Part shown: positions 26,379 to 37,959 of the stretch, one piece after another | Layout: each line of letters opens with the position of its first letter | Position numbering within the stretch: the stretch's first letter is position 1 | Source of the DNA: Eledone cirrhosa | Taxonomy: Eukaryota | Direction: 5' to 3' | NCBI GenBank assembly: GCA_964016885.1 | Contig: OZ024741.1 | Span: forward strand, 393,204,001-393,268,000 | Length of the DNA stretch: 64,000 nucleotides | Notes under the pieces: generated by a model | Database searches by the model: none | What the model was told of the DNA's origin: nothing | What the model saw: only the letters and a program-made list of their open reading frames with translations | Position numbers and translations under genes: made by a program

Positions 26379-29376
26379 TCATCATCATTATCATCATCAT
26401 CATCGTTTAACGTCCGTGTTCCATGCTTGCATGGGTTTGGATGGAGGGTTTTCCCACTTGAGGCAAGAGTGGTTATCTTGCTCGCATAGGACTATCTGGC
26501 GGGTTTTCTACAGCTGGATGCCCTTCCTAACACCAACCACATTTACAGTGTGGGTCTGGGAGGTTTTTACCATGTTGCCTACACGGCCACATTACAGCGT
26601 GGACTGTGTGTTTTTTTGACGTGACACCTACACGATCTCATTTGTTTCGGCCTGGATGTTGTGGCACCAACATAACTTTACATTGAAAGGGGCGGTGTGG
26701 ATGGGGTGGGGGTGGTGGGACGGGGGTGTATTTTGTTAGAGATGCCTACTGACTGTAGTAGGTTTTACTTTGTATTTAGGTAAGGCGGGTCTTCTCTATT
26801 ACTGAGTACCGCCGAAGGTCTCGGTCCAGTGACATTGTCTTGGAGAGGTGTAAGTGTGTGAGGTCGGAATTTATCAGCTCGTCCCAGGTTTTTCTGGGTC
26901 TGCCTATTCCGTGGCTACCGTCTATCTTTATTGCCCTGCACTTTGTTATACAACTATCGTCCTTCATGCGCATCATGTGACCATACCAACGTAGCCTTCT
27001 CTCGAGTAAACAACATCTGATCCCTCTTATTTCTAATTTTTTCCTTAGTTCGTTTATGCTTTGCCGTTCACGTATATTACTATTACACATCCAGCGGAGC
27101 ATGCAAGCTTCGTTTCTCTCTAGTCTGCGTATATCCTCTGCACACAATGCCCAGGTCTCACTGCCGTGCAACATTGCTGTTCGTATGCAGGCATCGTACA
27201 ACCTGCCTTTCATTTTTAGGGAGAACCCTTTAGCGGCTAATAGTGGTATGAGCTCTCTGAACTTTTTCCACCCAGTTCTGACTCTAGCTACTGTACTTTC
27301 AGAGCACCCTCCCCCACTGCTGATTTTGTCACCCAGGTAACGGAAGCTGTCCACTATTTCTATAGAACCCTCTGCGCAGTTGAAAGAGCTAGTATTTTTT
27401 GGGCACTTGCTGCTACTTATTGCCCCAGAACACCGGCCACATGTAAAATCTATGTTCTTAGTTAGCTTACCTGTGATCCCACTACATCTTTTATGCACCC
27501 AAACTTTGCATTTGGGACACAAAATGGAGTTTCTACCTACGCCTTTCCTACACTCTGAGCATGGCCACTTCCCGGAGGGGACCGCCGCCTTATTTTCTTT
27601 CTTACAAACTAGAACTTTAGTCTTAGCCAGGTTAATTTTAAGGCCTTTTGATTCTAGGCCGTGCTTCCATGTTTGGAATTTCTTCTCTAGCTCGGCCATT
27701 GATTCAGCTATGAGCGTTAGATCATCTGCGTATAGGAGTTCCCATGGGCAGCCGGTCTTGAACTCCACTGTTATAGCCTGGAGGGCAATAATAAATAGTA
27801 GGGGGCTAAGAACAGAGCCCTGATGAACACCAACTTTTACACTAAACTCTTCACTATATTCGTTGTTAATTCTAACCTTGCTGACTGTTTCTTTATACAT
27901 GGCTTGTATAGCTCTCACAAGCCATTCATCAACACCTAGTTTTCTAAGAGCCCACCAAATAATGGAACGGGGGACTCTGTCGAAGGCTTTCTCCAAGTCG
28001 ACGAAAGCTAAGTATAGGGGTTTACTTTTAGCTAGGTACTTCTCCTGTAGTTGTCGTACGATGAAAAGAGCGTCTGTGGTACTTTTTCCTGACACAAACC
28101 CGAACTGCATTTCATCTAGATCAATTCGCTCTCCGATTAGTTGCGCTATTACTTTTTCCGTGACCTTCATGACCTGGTCGAGTAATTTAATGCCTCTATA
28201 GTTACTCCTATCTAGGGCATCTCCTTTACCCTTATAACAGTTAACGATGATGCTGCTACGCCAGTCCTTCGGAACAGCCCCATTCTGTATGACTTGGTTG
28301 ACTATCCGGGTGACCATGGTGTGTCCCACCGTACCAGATGCCTTCAGCATCTCGGCAACTATTTCCGAAGGCCCAGCCGCCTTACCCGTCTTCATATCTT
28401 TGATTGCCTTACTTATTATACTACCCTCGACTAACACTGCTGGTCCCTCTATTGGGTCGATGTGGGGGAGACTGTCTTTCTCCCATTTATTCTCCTCATT
28501 TAGTAGCCTTTCATAGTGACACTTCCAAGCTACCTTCTTATCAGCGTCGGTGATGGCAAGTACGCCGTCATCATTAAGTACACACTTCTCCCCGACAATA
28601 TCACTGTTTTCCTTGACACATTGCCTAGCAATCCTGAACACCTCACGTTTTTGGTCCTCGCGTTGTAGAACATGCTTGAACTTTCTTTCCTCTGCTTCCC
28701 TTCTTGCGAAGTACACTTGTCTCCTAGCTTCCCTCCTGGCCACTTGATAGTCTTCTCTACTTCCCCCATCCCGCCATACTTTCCAAGCCTGCTTTTTGGC
28801 CTTGATTGACTCCTCCACCTTACTGTTCCACCACCAAGTTACTCTCCTCCTGCCAACAGGCCTGCTCCAGCCACAGACTTCATCTGTCGCCATCAGCAGG
28901 TTTGCTTTCAGAAATTGCCACTGTCCCTCTATATTGTCCGACTCTAAATGCTCTTCCTTACTGTCGAAAGCATCAAGTAATATGCTTTGAAATTTATTTT
29001 TGGCTGTGGGGTCCTTTAGCTTCCATATTTTTCTCCTGAGGATAGTCCTCTTCTGTTGTCTAGTACATTTCGTCTTGACTATTAGGTCGCTAATTATCAG
29101 TCTATGTTGGGAGGTGCATTCTTCATGGGGGAGGGATTTAGTGTTTACAACAGTCACTCTGTCACGTCTCCTGGTAAGGATATAATCTACCTGGCTGGTA
29201 TGTTCCCCTGATCTGTAGGTGATCAAGTGATTGTCTCGTTTTTTTGAAGTTAGTGTTGCAGATAGTTAGGTTATTTGCGTCACAGAATTCCAGGATTCTG
29301 GAGCCTTCCTCATTTCTAGTACCAAACCCATAGCCTCCATGGATTTCGTCGTAGCCGTCACAATGTTGTCCAACGA
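26379..29376 (-). mobile_element. Young 5'-truncated RTE LINE, subfamily A
   Basis: The AP endonuclease C-terminus (GYGFGTRNEEGSRILEFC) is joined by a single +1 slip in an A7 run near 29240 to an 816-aa ORF, followed by a 3' UTR and an (ATG)n tail at 26379-26403. Confidence 0.97.
26776..29226 (-). CDS. RTE ORF: endonuclease end, reverse transcriptase and inserted PHD finger
   Basis: SQVDYIL, SQH, NYRGIKLL, QFGF, FVDLEKAFD, GVHQGSVLSPLLF, YADD, a C4HC3 block at 27430-27561, FRYLG and RLRWYGH. Confidence 0.95.
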   Translation of the reverse strand: MITYRSGEHTSQVDYILTRRRDRVTVVNTKSLPHEECTSQHRLIISDLIVKTKCTRQQKRTILRRKIWKLKDPTAKNKFQSILLDAFDSKEEHLESDNIEGQWQFLKANLLMATDEVCGWSRPVGRRRVTWWWNSKVEESIKAKKQAWKVWRDGGSREDYQVARREARRQVYFARREAEERKFKHVLQREDQKREVFRIARQCVKENSDIVGEKCVLNDDGVLAITDADKKVAWKCHYERLLNEENKWEKDSLPHIDPIEGPAVLVEGSIISKAIKDMKTGKAAGPSEIVAEMLKASGTVGHTMVTRIVNQVIQNGAVPKDWRSSIIVNCYKGKGDALDRSNYRGIKLLDQVMKVTEKVIAQLIGERIDLDEMQFGFVSGKSTTDALFIVRQLQEKYLAKSKPLYLAFVDLEKAFDRVPRSIIWWALRKLGVDEWLVRAIQAMYKETVSKVRINNEYSEEFSVKVGVHQGSVLSPLLFIIALQAITVEFKTGCPWELLYADDLTLIAESMAELEKKFQTWKHGLESKGLKINLAKTKVLVCKKENKAAVPSGKWPCSECRKGVGRNSILCPKCKVWVHKRCSGITGKLTKNIDFTCGRCSGAISSSKCPKNTSSFNCAEGSIEIVDSFRYLGDKISSGGGCSESTVARVRTGWKKFRELIPLLAAKGFSLKMKGRLYDACIRTAMLHGSETWALCAEDIRRLERNEACMLRWMCNSNIRERQSINELRKKLEIRGIRCCLLERRLRWYGHMMRMKDDSCITKCRAIKIDGSHGIGRPRKTWDELINSDLTHLHLSKTMSLDRDLRRYSVIEKTRLT

Positions 29377-29383
29377 TAATAGT

Positions 29384-29530
29384 AATTATTCTGTTTTTGG
29401 CACGGGGCAGTGATTTTCCCAGCGCATTGCTGGTGCCTTGTTTTCTCGACTCCGTGGGGATAAAGGACAGGGTTGACCTCGGCGGAATTTGGGCCCAGCG
29501 TGTGGAGGGTCGTAGCTCTATGCTGTAAAA
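29384..29530 (-). mobile_element. Nin/Deu-core SINE fragment with clustered plus-strand A>G changes
   Basis: Aligns end to end with 8012-8160 and 10382-10525 but shows about 18 A>G substitutions by manual count. Confidence 0.85.
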
Positions 29531-29789
29531 CAATTATTATAAAATAAAGTACCAGTAATACGCTGGGTAATGCTGGCACAAGGCCAGCATTACTCAGTGT
29601 ATTACTAGGTGTGTGTGTGTGTGTAAGTGAGTGAGTGGCGTGTGTGTGTTTGTATGCATGAGTATTGGTGTGTGAGTGGCGTGTGTGTGTTTGTATGCAT
29701 GAGTGTTGGTGTGTGAGTGAGTGTGTGTGTCGTGTGTATGAGTGCTAATAAGTGATTATTTTCTTTCTTTTTTTTTTGCGCAGGGACAT

Positions 29790-30113
29790 AAAAATAATCG
29801 GGCTGGACACCCGATCGCGCAGTTAAACCACTGGGAGTGAAGGACTCCTAGCCCTTGTCAGAGCTTTCTTCTAGAAGGTATCTCAGGAAACTGGATTAAC
29901 TCCAACATAAAACCTGCGGATCAGTAGTTACCGATGATGTTGATCTTTTCTTCTTTTCGGGTTATAGCTACTGTCGCTCAGAGAGTGGGATTGGCTCAGT
30001 GCACAGTCTTTCCTCACTTTAAAAATATTCTTCATGCACAGGCATTGCACGATTGTATTAATTAATAATTATTAATAGTGTTATTGCTATTGTTGTTATT
30101 GTTATTATTTTTA
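29790..30113 (+). mobile_element. Non-autonomous RTE-derived element related to the 41631/50770/51418 family, with (ATT)n-like tail
   Basis: Shares TAGCC.TTGTCAG, AACCTGC, GATGATGTTGA.TT.TTCTTCTTTT, AGAGAGTGGGA.TGG and GCACAGGCATTGC with the minus strand of those copies. Confidence 0.65.
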
Positions 30114-30118
30114 TGACC

Positions 30119-33100
30119 ATGCTGTAAAATGGAGGGGTAGAGAGGGCCCATGAGTCCAGTAAGACATCCTCTCTACTGCTGGTGGCACGAATAAAAGCAC
30201 CCAGTCCATGCTGCAAAGAGGCACTGGTGTTAGGAAGAGCATCCAACCAGTGTATTAATGCCAAAACAATATGAGCACAGCAACAAATATATATCGCAAT
30301 AACTGCTTCAACAGCAATAACACTAACCATGTTAGGGCTGCGCACAGTAGTGGGGTGGCTGGTGTGGCCATGTGCGAGAACCCCCGACCGTCTTCAAGCA
30401 ATCGCACTACAGGAAAAGGAATAAAAATATGAAGCCATCGCGTCTCAGAGTTGCACCACTTAATGTTGGCACTCTCACAGGTAGATCTGGTGAAATAGCG
30501 GAGATGCTGGAGAGAAGACATGTGGATGTGTGCTGCGTGCAAGAGGTGAGATGGAGAGGTGCCTCTGTAAGACTAATCGCAGGCAAACATCTTAGTTATA
30601 AGCTTTTCTGGGTAGGTAAGGATGGGTTAGAGGGAGTAGGCATTTTCTTGGCTGAGAGATGGATCAATAAGACAATAGAGGTAGTTCCAGTTAATAATAG
30701 AATAATTAAGCTTAGATTAGTTGTAGGCAGGAGACTACTGACAATCATCTCTGCCTATGCTCCACAAGCAGGCCTAGGTAAAGAAGAGAAAGACTGCTTT
30801 TACGAGCAACTTTTACAAACAGCCGCAATGACAGAGGACAGAGACATCGTTATGCTAGCAGGGGACTTCAATGGTCATGTTGGACAGCTCCAGGATGGTT
30901 ATACTGGGGTACATGGTGGGCACAGTTATGGCTCAAAAAATGAAGAAGGAGTGAGACTTCTTGAATTTTGTGATGCAATTACACTGACTATTTGCAACAC
31001 TAACTTCCAGAAACCTGCCAACCACCTAATAACCTACAAATCAGGCGAGCACATAAGCCAGATTGACTTCTTACTAATTAGGCAGCGAGACAGGCAGATG
31101 GTGTCAAATACCAAAGCATACCCTGGTGAAGAATGTACATCACAACATAGTATAGTCGTTAGTGATATCTCAGTAAGCAAGAGATAGAATGATACATACA
31201 GGAAGGTGTGGAGAAGAAAGGTCTGGAAGCTAAAAGACCTTTCACTAAAATACAAATTTAAGAAAGCCCTTCAAGATGTGTATGACGAAAAAGAAGACGA
31301 TTTAGAGTCATATGACATAGATGATAACTGGAATTTCTTACGTGATAACTTACTGCAGGCTACTGAAGAAACTTGTGGCTGGAGCAGAGCTCCAACCAGA
31401 CAGAGTGACCTGGTGGTGGAACAGCACGGTAGATAGGGCCATTAGAGACAAAAGACTAGCATGGAAGGCTTGGAAAAAGGGTGGGAGTAGGGAAGGATAT
31501 ACAGCCGCTATTAGAGAAGCTAGACGCCAGGTGTATTTAGCACGCAGGGAGGCTGAGAGTAGGAGGTTTGTCAATGTTCTGCGACGGGAAGATCAGACAT
31601 GCGGTGTTCTACATTGCAAGGCAGTGTGTCAATGCGAATCAGGATGCTGTTGGAGATAAATGTGTCCGGAATGATGCCGGTGTACTTAGTGTCACGAATG
31701 ATCAGAAAAAGGAGGCCTGGAAATGTCATTACGAATGTGGAGAACAAATGGGAGAGAGAGAAATTACCCTCAGTAGATCCGACAAAGGGACCAGCTATTG
31801 AGATTGACGAATATAGGGTCCAAGAGGCGATTAAGGAAATGAAAAATGGTAAGGCAGCTAGACGGTCAGGGATAGTTGCTGAGATGCTGAAGGCATCAGG
31901 GGACGTAGGCACTAAACTGGTTGCACGCATCATCAATCAGGCTATATATGGCGGTGTCATACCCAAAGACTGGTGCAGTAGTATTCTCATAAATTGCTAC
32001 AAAGGTAAAGGGGATGCTCTGGAGAGGAGCAATTATAGGAGTATAAAACTGATGGATCAGGTTATGAAAGTGGCAGAAAGGATATTAGCACAACTAATTA
32101 GAGAAAGGGTCAAACTAGATGAGATGCAGTTTGGTTTTGTGCCTGGGAAAAGTACAACAGATGCCCTCTTCTTGGTGAGACAATTACAAGAGAGGTTTTT
32201 AGAGAAGAATAAGCCACTATACTTAGCTTTTGTTGATCTAGAGAAGGCCTTTGATAGAGTACCCCGATCTGTCATCTGGTGGTCCCTAACGAAACTAGGT
32301 GTTGAGAAATGGCTTGTGAGGACAGTGCAAATTTTGTACAAAGGTGCTGTCAATAAAGTGAGGGTAGGAATGGAGTTTAGTGAGGAATTCCAGATACAAG
32401 TAGGAGTATATCAGGGTTCGGTCTTCAGCCCGCTCTTGTTCATTATAGTCCTCCAAGCCATAACAGAGGAGTTTAAGACTGGCTGTCCATGGGAACTTCT
32501 CTATGCTGATGATCTGGTTCTTATAGTAGAATTAGTAGAGGAGCTAGAGAATAAATTCTGGCAATGGAAACAGCAGTTGGAATTAAGAGGACTGAGAGTG
32601 AACCTAGCTAAGACAAAAGTGTTGATGAGTAGAAAAGAGGACAAAACTCTGATTCTGTCAGGGAAATGGCCTTGTTCGATATGCAGAAAAGGAACTGGCA
32701 TAAATTCTATAAAATGCACACAGTGCAGATCTTGGGTACGCAAGAGATGTAGTGGGATAGCAGGCAAACTAATAGGTAGGGAGAAATACATATGCAGTAG
32801 ATGTACAGGAAAATTAGACAGTAGAAGTCGCATTGATAGACACATTTTTCAAATGCAGGTGGGTTATAGCTTCTGATACCTAGGAGATCAGATTAGCATG
32901 GGAGGGAAGTATTCTGAGGCCATAGTATCTAGAATAAGGACGGGTTAGAAGAAGTTTAGGGAGCTGCTTCCTCTGCTGATGAAGGGTTTCTCCCTGCATA
33001 CGAAAGGCCGGGTATATGATGCCTGTGAGGAGCGCGATGCTGCATGGTAGTGAGATATGGGCTGTAACTGCAGAGGATATGTGACGGCTGAAGAGAAATG

Positions 33101-33469
33101 AAGCAAACATGCTCCTTTGGATGAGCCATGTCAATGTGCATGAACGACCAAACATGGATGTGTTGAGAGAGAAACTGTGTCTGAGAGGGATAGAATGTAG
33201 TGTGCGAGAGAGAAGACTGAGATGGTATGGACATGTGATGTGCATGGAGGATGACTGCTGGGTAAAGAAGTGCCAAGAAATCCCAGTAGATGGGAGAAGC
33301 AGTAGAGGAAGACCATGAAAAACATGGGCAGAGGTGGTGAAAACAGACCTCGGATTGCTGAAGCTCACGGAGGAGATGACGAAGGACCGTGACAAGTGGG
33401 GAGATGCTGTGCTGAATAGGATCCGTCCAACCCTTGCAAGCAGGGAAAAGTGGACGTAAAATGATGATA
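30119..33469 (+). mobile_element. Near full-length but disabled PHD-bearing RTE, subfamily B
   Basis: Complete AP endonuclease (LNVGTL, CVQEVRW, SAYAPQ, GDFNGHVG; ORF 30372-31187) and RT+PHD (31599-32876), with several stops and frameshifts. Short 3' UTR ending GGACGTAAAATGATGAT. Confidence 0.96.
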
Positions 33470-33471
33470 TA

Positions 33472-34038
33472 CTAGACCACCCGTGACCCATTGGGTCATG
33501 TTCACTTAAAAATAATTTTCAAATAATTAGACTATACAGACATGTATATAATGTAAAATGAAATGCAAGGCACATTTGTGTGTGTGTGTATATATATGTG
33601 AGTGTCTGTGACCTATATACACAGGCCACCGACACACACATACATACATACACACACACTTAGAAATCCTTCCTATTTAGCAGGAAATATGATACATATG
33701 ATTTAATATTCAGTCACCAAATTCGAGCTAGATACAATAATGCTGTATTCAATTCTTTGAAGTCAGCTGTTATAATTACATTCAACAACACCACCAGCTC
33801 TCTCTCTCTCCCATTTTCCTTCTGTCTCTCTCTCTATGTCTCTCTTTCAATCTAATCTCTCCCAACCACTATCTCTTTCTCTCTATATATTTATGAAGGT
33901 ACCCAGAAAAACCCCGTATCTCGGGAATCCGTTCTTTGATTTACGCGAAACTTCCTTTCAAAGTATTTTTCCATTATGCGTCGTTTTGGCTGTATTAAAT
34001 AACAGACAACCACACAATCACAGAGTTTTAGTAGTAAA
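33472..34038 (-). mobile_element. Complete non-autonomous Helitron
   Basis: Minus-strand 3' end has hairpin TGACCCA-A-TGGGTCA then CGGGTGGT-CTAG|T. The 5' end is TTTACTACTAAAACTCTGTG. Confidence 0.75.
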
Positions 34039-34195
34039 CTAGACCACCCGTTACCCATTGAGTCACGTTCACTTATATATGTATTTTAAAAATCATGTTC
34101 ACTTAAAAATAATATTTAAATAATTTAAATATACACAAACATGTATATAATGTGAAATGAAATTGGAAGGCACATATAGATATGTGTGTGTATAC
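34039..34195 (-). mobile_element. 3' part of a second, head-to-tail Helitron copy
   Basis: CTAGACCACCCGTTACCCATTGAGTCACGTTCACTTA repeats 33472-33508 and abuts the 5' end of the first copy. Confidence 0.75.
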
Positions 34196-34200
34196 ATATA

Positions 34201-35200
34201 TAAGCAATGGGTACACAAGAGATGCAGTGGGATCTCAGGTAGGCTAACAAAGAATGTAGGTTTCACTTGTAGCATGTGCACAGGGGCAGTAAGTAGCAAG
34301 AACCCTCAGGATACAATCACCTTCAAGTTACCTGGGTGACCAAATCAGTAGTGTTCTCAAGGCACAGTAACCAGAGTGAGATCGGGTTGGAGAAAATTCA
34401 GGCAGCTACTACCGTTACTAACTACAAAAGGTTTTTCTCTCAAAATGAAAGGCAGACTGTATGATGCATGTATACAAACAACAATGTTGCACGGCAGTAA
34501 GACCTAGGCACTATATGAGGAGAACCTGCGAAGATTGGAAAGAAATGAAGCCTCCATGCTTCGCTGGGTGTGCAATAGCAATATATGTGAACAGCAAAGT
34601 ATAAATGTACTGCATGAGAAATTTGGCATAAGAGGGATCAATTGTTGCATGCAGGAGAGGAGATTGCGTAGGTGTGGACATATGATGAGTATAATAAGGT
34701 GCAGAGCGTTCAATGTCGATGGTAGCCGTGGTGTGGGCAAACCTAGGAAGACTTGGGATGAGGTAATAAAAGCTGACCTTGCACAATTACACAAAACCGT
34801 GACCTCTGCCGCTATGCAGTTTTACAGAAGACCCCGTCCTCTATTATTCTCGGGCTGAGGCTTATACCTAGTAGGCAACATCTTCCTCAACCTTCTATCC
34901 CCTCTCATTCACCTCCTTTAGCAGTAACCATACCTCCCCTACTACCCTGTCCACATTTTCCCCAAGCTTCCTCCCCACCTCCTAGTCCTAAGACAAAAGT
35001 GTCCAGGCCCCACTGTAAAGTGATCATGTCAGTGACATGACAAAGGTGCCCAGTTCACACTGTAAAGTGGTTGTGTAGGTGTCACGACAAAAAGTACCCA
35101 GTTCACACTGTAAAATGGTTGTGTAGGTGTCATGACAAAAAGTGCCCAGTTCACACTGTAAAATGGTCGTGTAGGTGTCACGATAAAAAGCACCCAGCAT
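34201..35200 (+). mobile_element. Decayed 5'-truncated PHD-RTE with tandem 3' UTR units
   Basis: [47 protein letters not shown] and ~48-bp repeats at 35000-35195. Confidence 0.9.
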
Positions 35201-35214
35201 TATATATGTTGTTG

Positions 35215-35795
35215 TCATGGAGGTTTCAAATATGTCCAGAAAGTGCTGTCTAGTGTCGCCTAACCAGGTTTCTAAATGAATGTTGGTGTTGGTAGTACCA
35301 GGTCTTAAACTCGCAGACGGTTAATCCAATGTAGGTCTTGTTGGAGTGTTCTGTCCTCACGTTGCACTGGTAGACCACGTTTCATTCTGTTGTTGAGGGG
35401 GCACGATGATCTATCCAGACAGTTTGCACCTCCTAATTTGCTCACTGCTAATATCGTTGTTGTTTCTGTTAGAGAGGAGTTTTTTGTTGTTAGATGAAGC
35501 AATGTTTTGTGCAAAGTTGGATGTAGTGCTGTACAAAAGTTTAAGTGTTTCTATTGATGATATTGTGGTAGCGGTGTTGGGGTGGGAAGATCTTCCCAAT
35601 TGGTGTTGCAACCTCGGCATTGTGGGGAGGGTTTAACCACGTTATGTGACGTGAGCAGCAGCATGGCCTGCTGGATCTGGTAGTATGGCCTGGATAATAG
35701 GAAATGTCTTCCCGGAAGCTGCTCCTTTTGAGGGCCTGGTTGTAATAAAGCGTGTGTGCATTGAAGATCTGGTCATTTGCGGACAAGGGCAAACT
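35215..35795 (-). mobile_element. Penelope-like element fragment (linker + GIY-YIG)
   Basis: RHITWLNPPHNAEVATPIGKIF..HNIINRNT, LKLLYSTTSNF, SCPLN and YIGLT..EFKT. Confidence 0.85.
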
Positions 35796-36454
35796 TAATA
35801 TAAATACTCTACGTTACCTGCTTTGACTTATATATGCCGAAAATATATTTTTTTCGTTTGTTTGTTTTTTATCACTTTGAATTGAAGTTTAGTACATTAC
35901 CATTTCTACAGATTGTAAATAGTTGTATAGGATAAAATCTCTCTTAAGGCTGTGCAGGTGCACCTAACTGGCTTTGCTTCCTCATGTCAGTCCTGCCTTC
36001 TTCCCCCTTCCCCCTTGTATTTCGGCCTGTTTAGCAACCCCCAACCTCCCCCTGCCAACGTGAAGGTGTAATAAACTACATACATGACATCCTAGATCAC
36101 TGACCTCTCCCTGTGAAAGACAAGAAAAACAACAAACTTTTAAGATTTTTTGCTTTTTTTTTTTTTTTTTTGCTTTGACTGCATGCCCATATATGGACTT
36201 GGTAAGTTCAACTAGATTCCTGCCGTTCTAATACTGGTGGGTTAGTTCGAATCTAGCTGTCGAAATGGCCGGAGATCAGCTATCGAGGTCCTGAATCTTT
36301 TCATATATATATCTCTCTGGAATTTTACCTGCTCTATATATATATATTTATTAAAATCTTAATAAATATTTGCTCTATGGTTTTATATATTTTATATATA
36401 TATATTATCCTTGTCGAGCCCTCTTTGCATTTTTGTCTTCACATTTATTATTAT

Positions 36455-37447
36455 ATCATAATCTATAAAGCTCAGTGTATGGACATGCTCCTTCGTTATA
36501 GAAATCTACGATATAGAATTTCTTCAATTGAAATTTACAATTCAGCATTCGAAATAGCTTCGATTGCGTCTTGACGCAGATAATTTTTTCAATTTCACCC
36601 ACAATTACGCAAAAAATAGATAAAACTCAATATTTTACGATTTTTCTCTCTCAAGCTGCTAAACTCTTTCTACTACCATTCAAAATCTATACAACTTCAT
36701 ACTTTCTGCTTCTTTCTCTTTCCAAGCTTGATGGTGATACTGTCCGTTTTACTCTCTCATATCATCTGCTTCCCTCTATCTACAACCCACATATTTTGCT
36801 ACTTTCTCTTTTATACTTCAAAATTACTGATTTATTTCCAAACACATACAAACACACACTCACTTCAAATGATAAAAAAACATTTAAAGCAATTAAACAA
36901 CGTGCGTGATTTATAACCACACTAACTTTTAGTTGCTTCAAACTTAATGATTTATTTACAAACACATACAAACACACACTCACATAAATTGATAAAAAAA
37001 AATTTAAAGCAATTAAACAACGCGCGGGATTTATAACTACAAATACACGACTATTCATTAACAACATTTAAAGCAATTAAACAACGTGCGTGATTGCCGA
37101 AGAGAGAGAGAAGAGAGTGAGAGAGAGAGAGAAGAGAGTGAGAAGGAGAGAGAGAGAGAACGTTTATTATTACATAAAGTACCAGTAATGTACTGGTTAT
37201 TTGCTGGCCTTGTGCCAAAAAAGTAGAAAAAATTATTACATTTCATACGAAACGACAATTATTCAAATTATTCAACAGATACATTTATTCAACAACAAGC
37301 GATAAATCTTTTTTAAAACCTCTCAACGAAAGTGGATTCTTACAGACTTTGAGTCGAATCGGTTTGAAATTGTGCAAATGTATAAACATGGAACATGTGC
37401 ACACACACAACAACAACAACAACAATCTGCCTTTTATAGATAATGAT
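36455..37447. mobile_element. ~1-kb element with imperfect inverted ends and internal ~120-bp tandem repeats
   Basis: Left end ATCATAATCTATAAAGCTCAG..GGACATGCTCC. Right end (reverse complement) ATCATTATCTATAAAAGGCAG..GCACATGTTCC. Repeats at 36830-37095 and a SINE tail at 37170-37235. Confidence 0.55.
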
Positions 37448-37959
37448 AAACAATATCCTCTATGAGGTCACTAAAGATATAGAAATGATTCTGGAAGGTG
37501 TATTTCAGGAAAACTTTGTTATACTCCTTTGTTGTATAGTTTTATGATACTCTATTACTATGAAAAATTCTGCATCCAGCAAAAAGCCACTCAACTGATT
37601 GGCATGATGTCACTCACTAACACACTCCAAGCTGAAGCCTAGTTGTGCCGTGTCCACTTTTCACCTTTTCTACAGCTATTACAATAACCTCTGCTTATGC
37701 TCTCATTTTTCATATTTTCATATCATGTAGAATCATTGACACTGGTCAAGTACTAATCAAATAAGACGACATAAGAACATTTTCAAATGAGTTTGTCCAA
37801 TGAATCGGAATTGATTTCTTAAAATCCAGTTAGCTTTTCTGTTTTGGACAAGCTACCTAAGAATATAAAATTGATATTAAAATTGAAGTATATAAAATAT
37901 TAGGAAGTGTTTGTTGAAAGTCATACATTTGATATAGAATTAATATATTGCAGATAGAC

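Noticed and set aside
27056-29185. Multiple plus-strand ORFs opposite the RTE
   Set aside because: Antisense shadows of the RT ORF with no independent motifs.
29520-30129. ATGCTGTAAAA at 29520-29530 and 30119-30129 as a TSD
   Set aside because: Five extra bases separate it from the tail and the match could be chance. It is kept only as a hint that the edited SINE once abutted the RTE-B 5' end.
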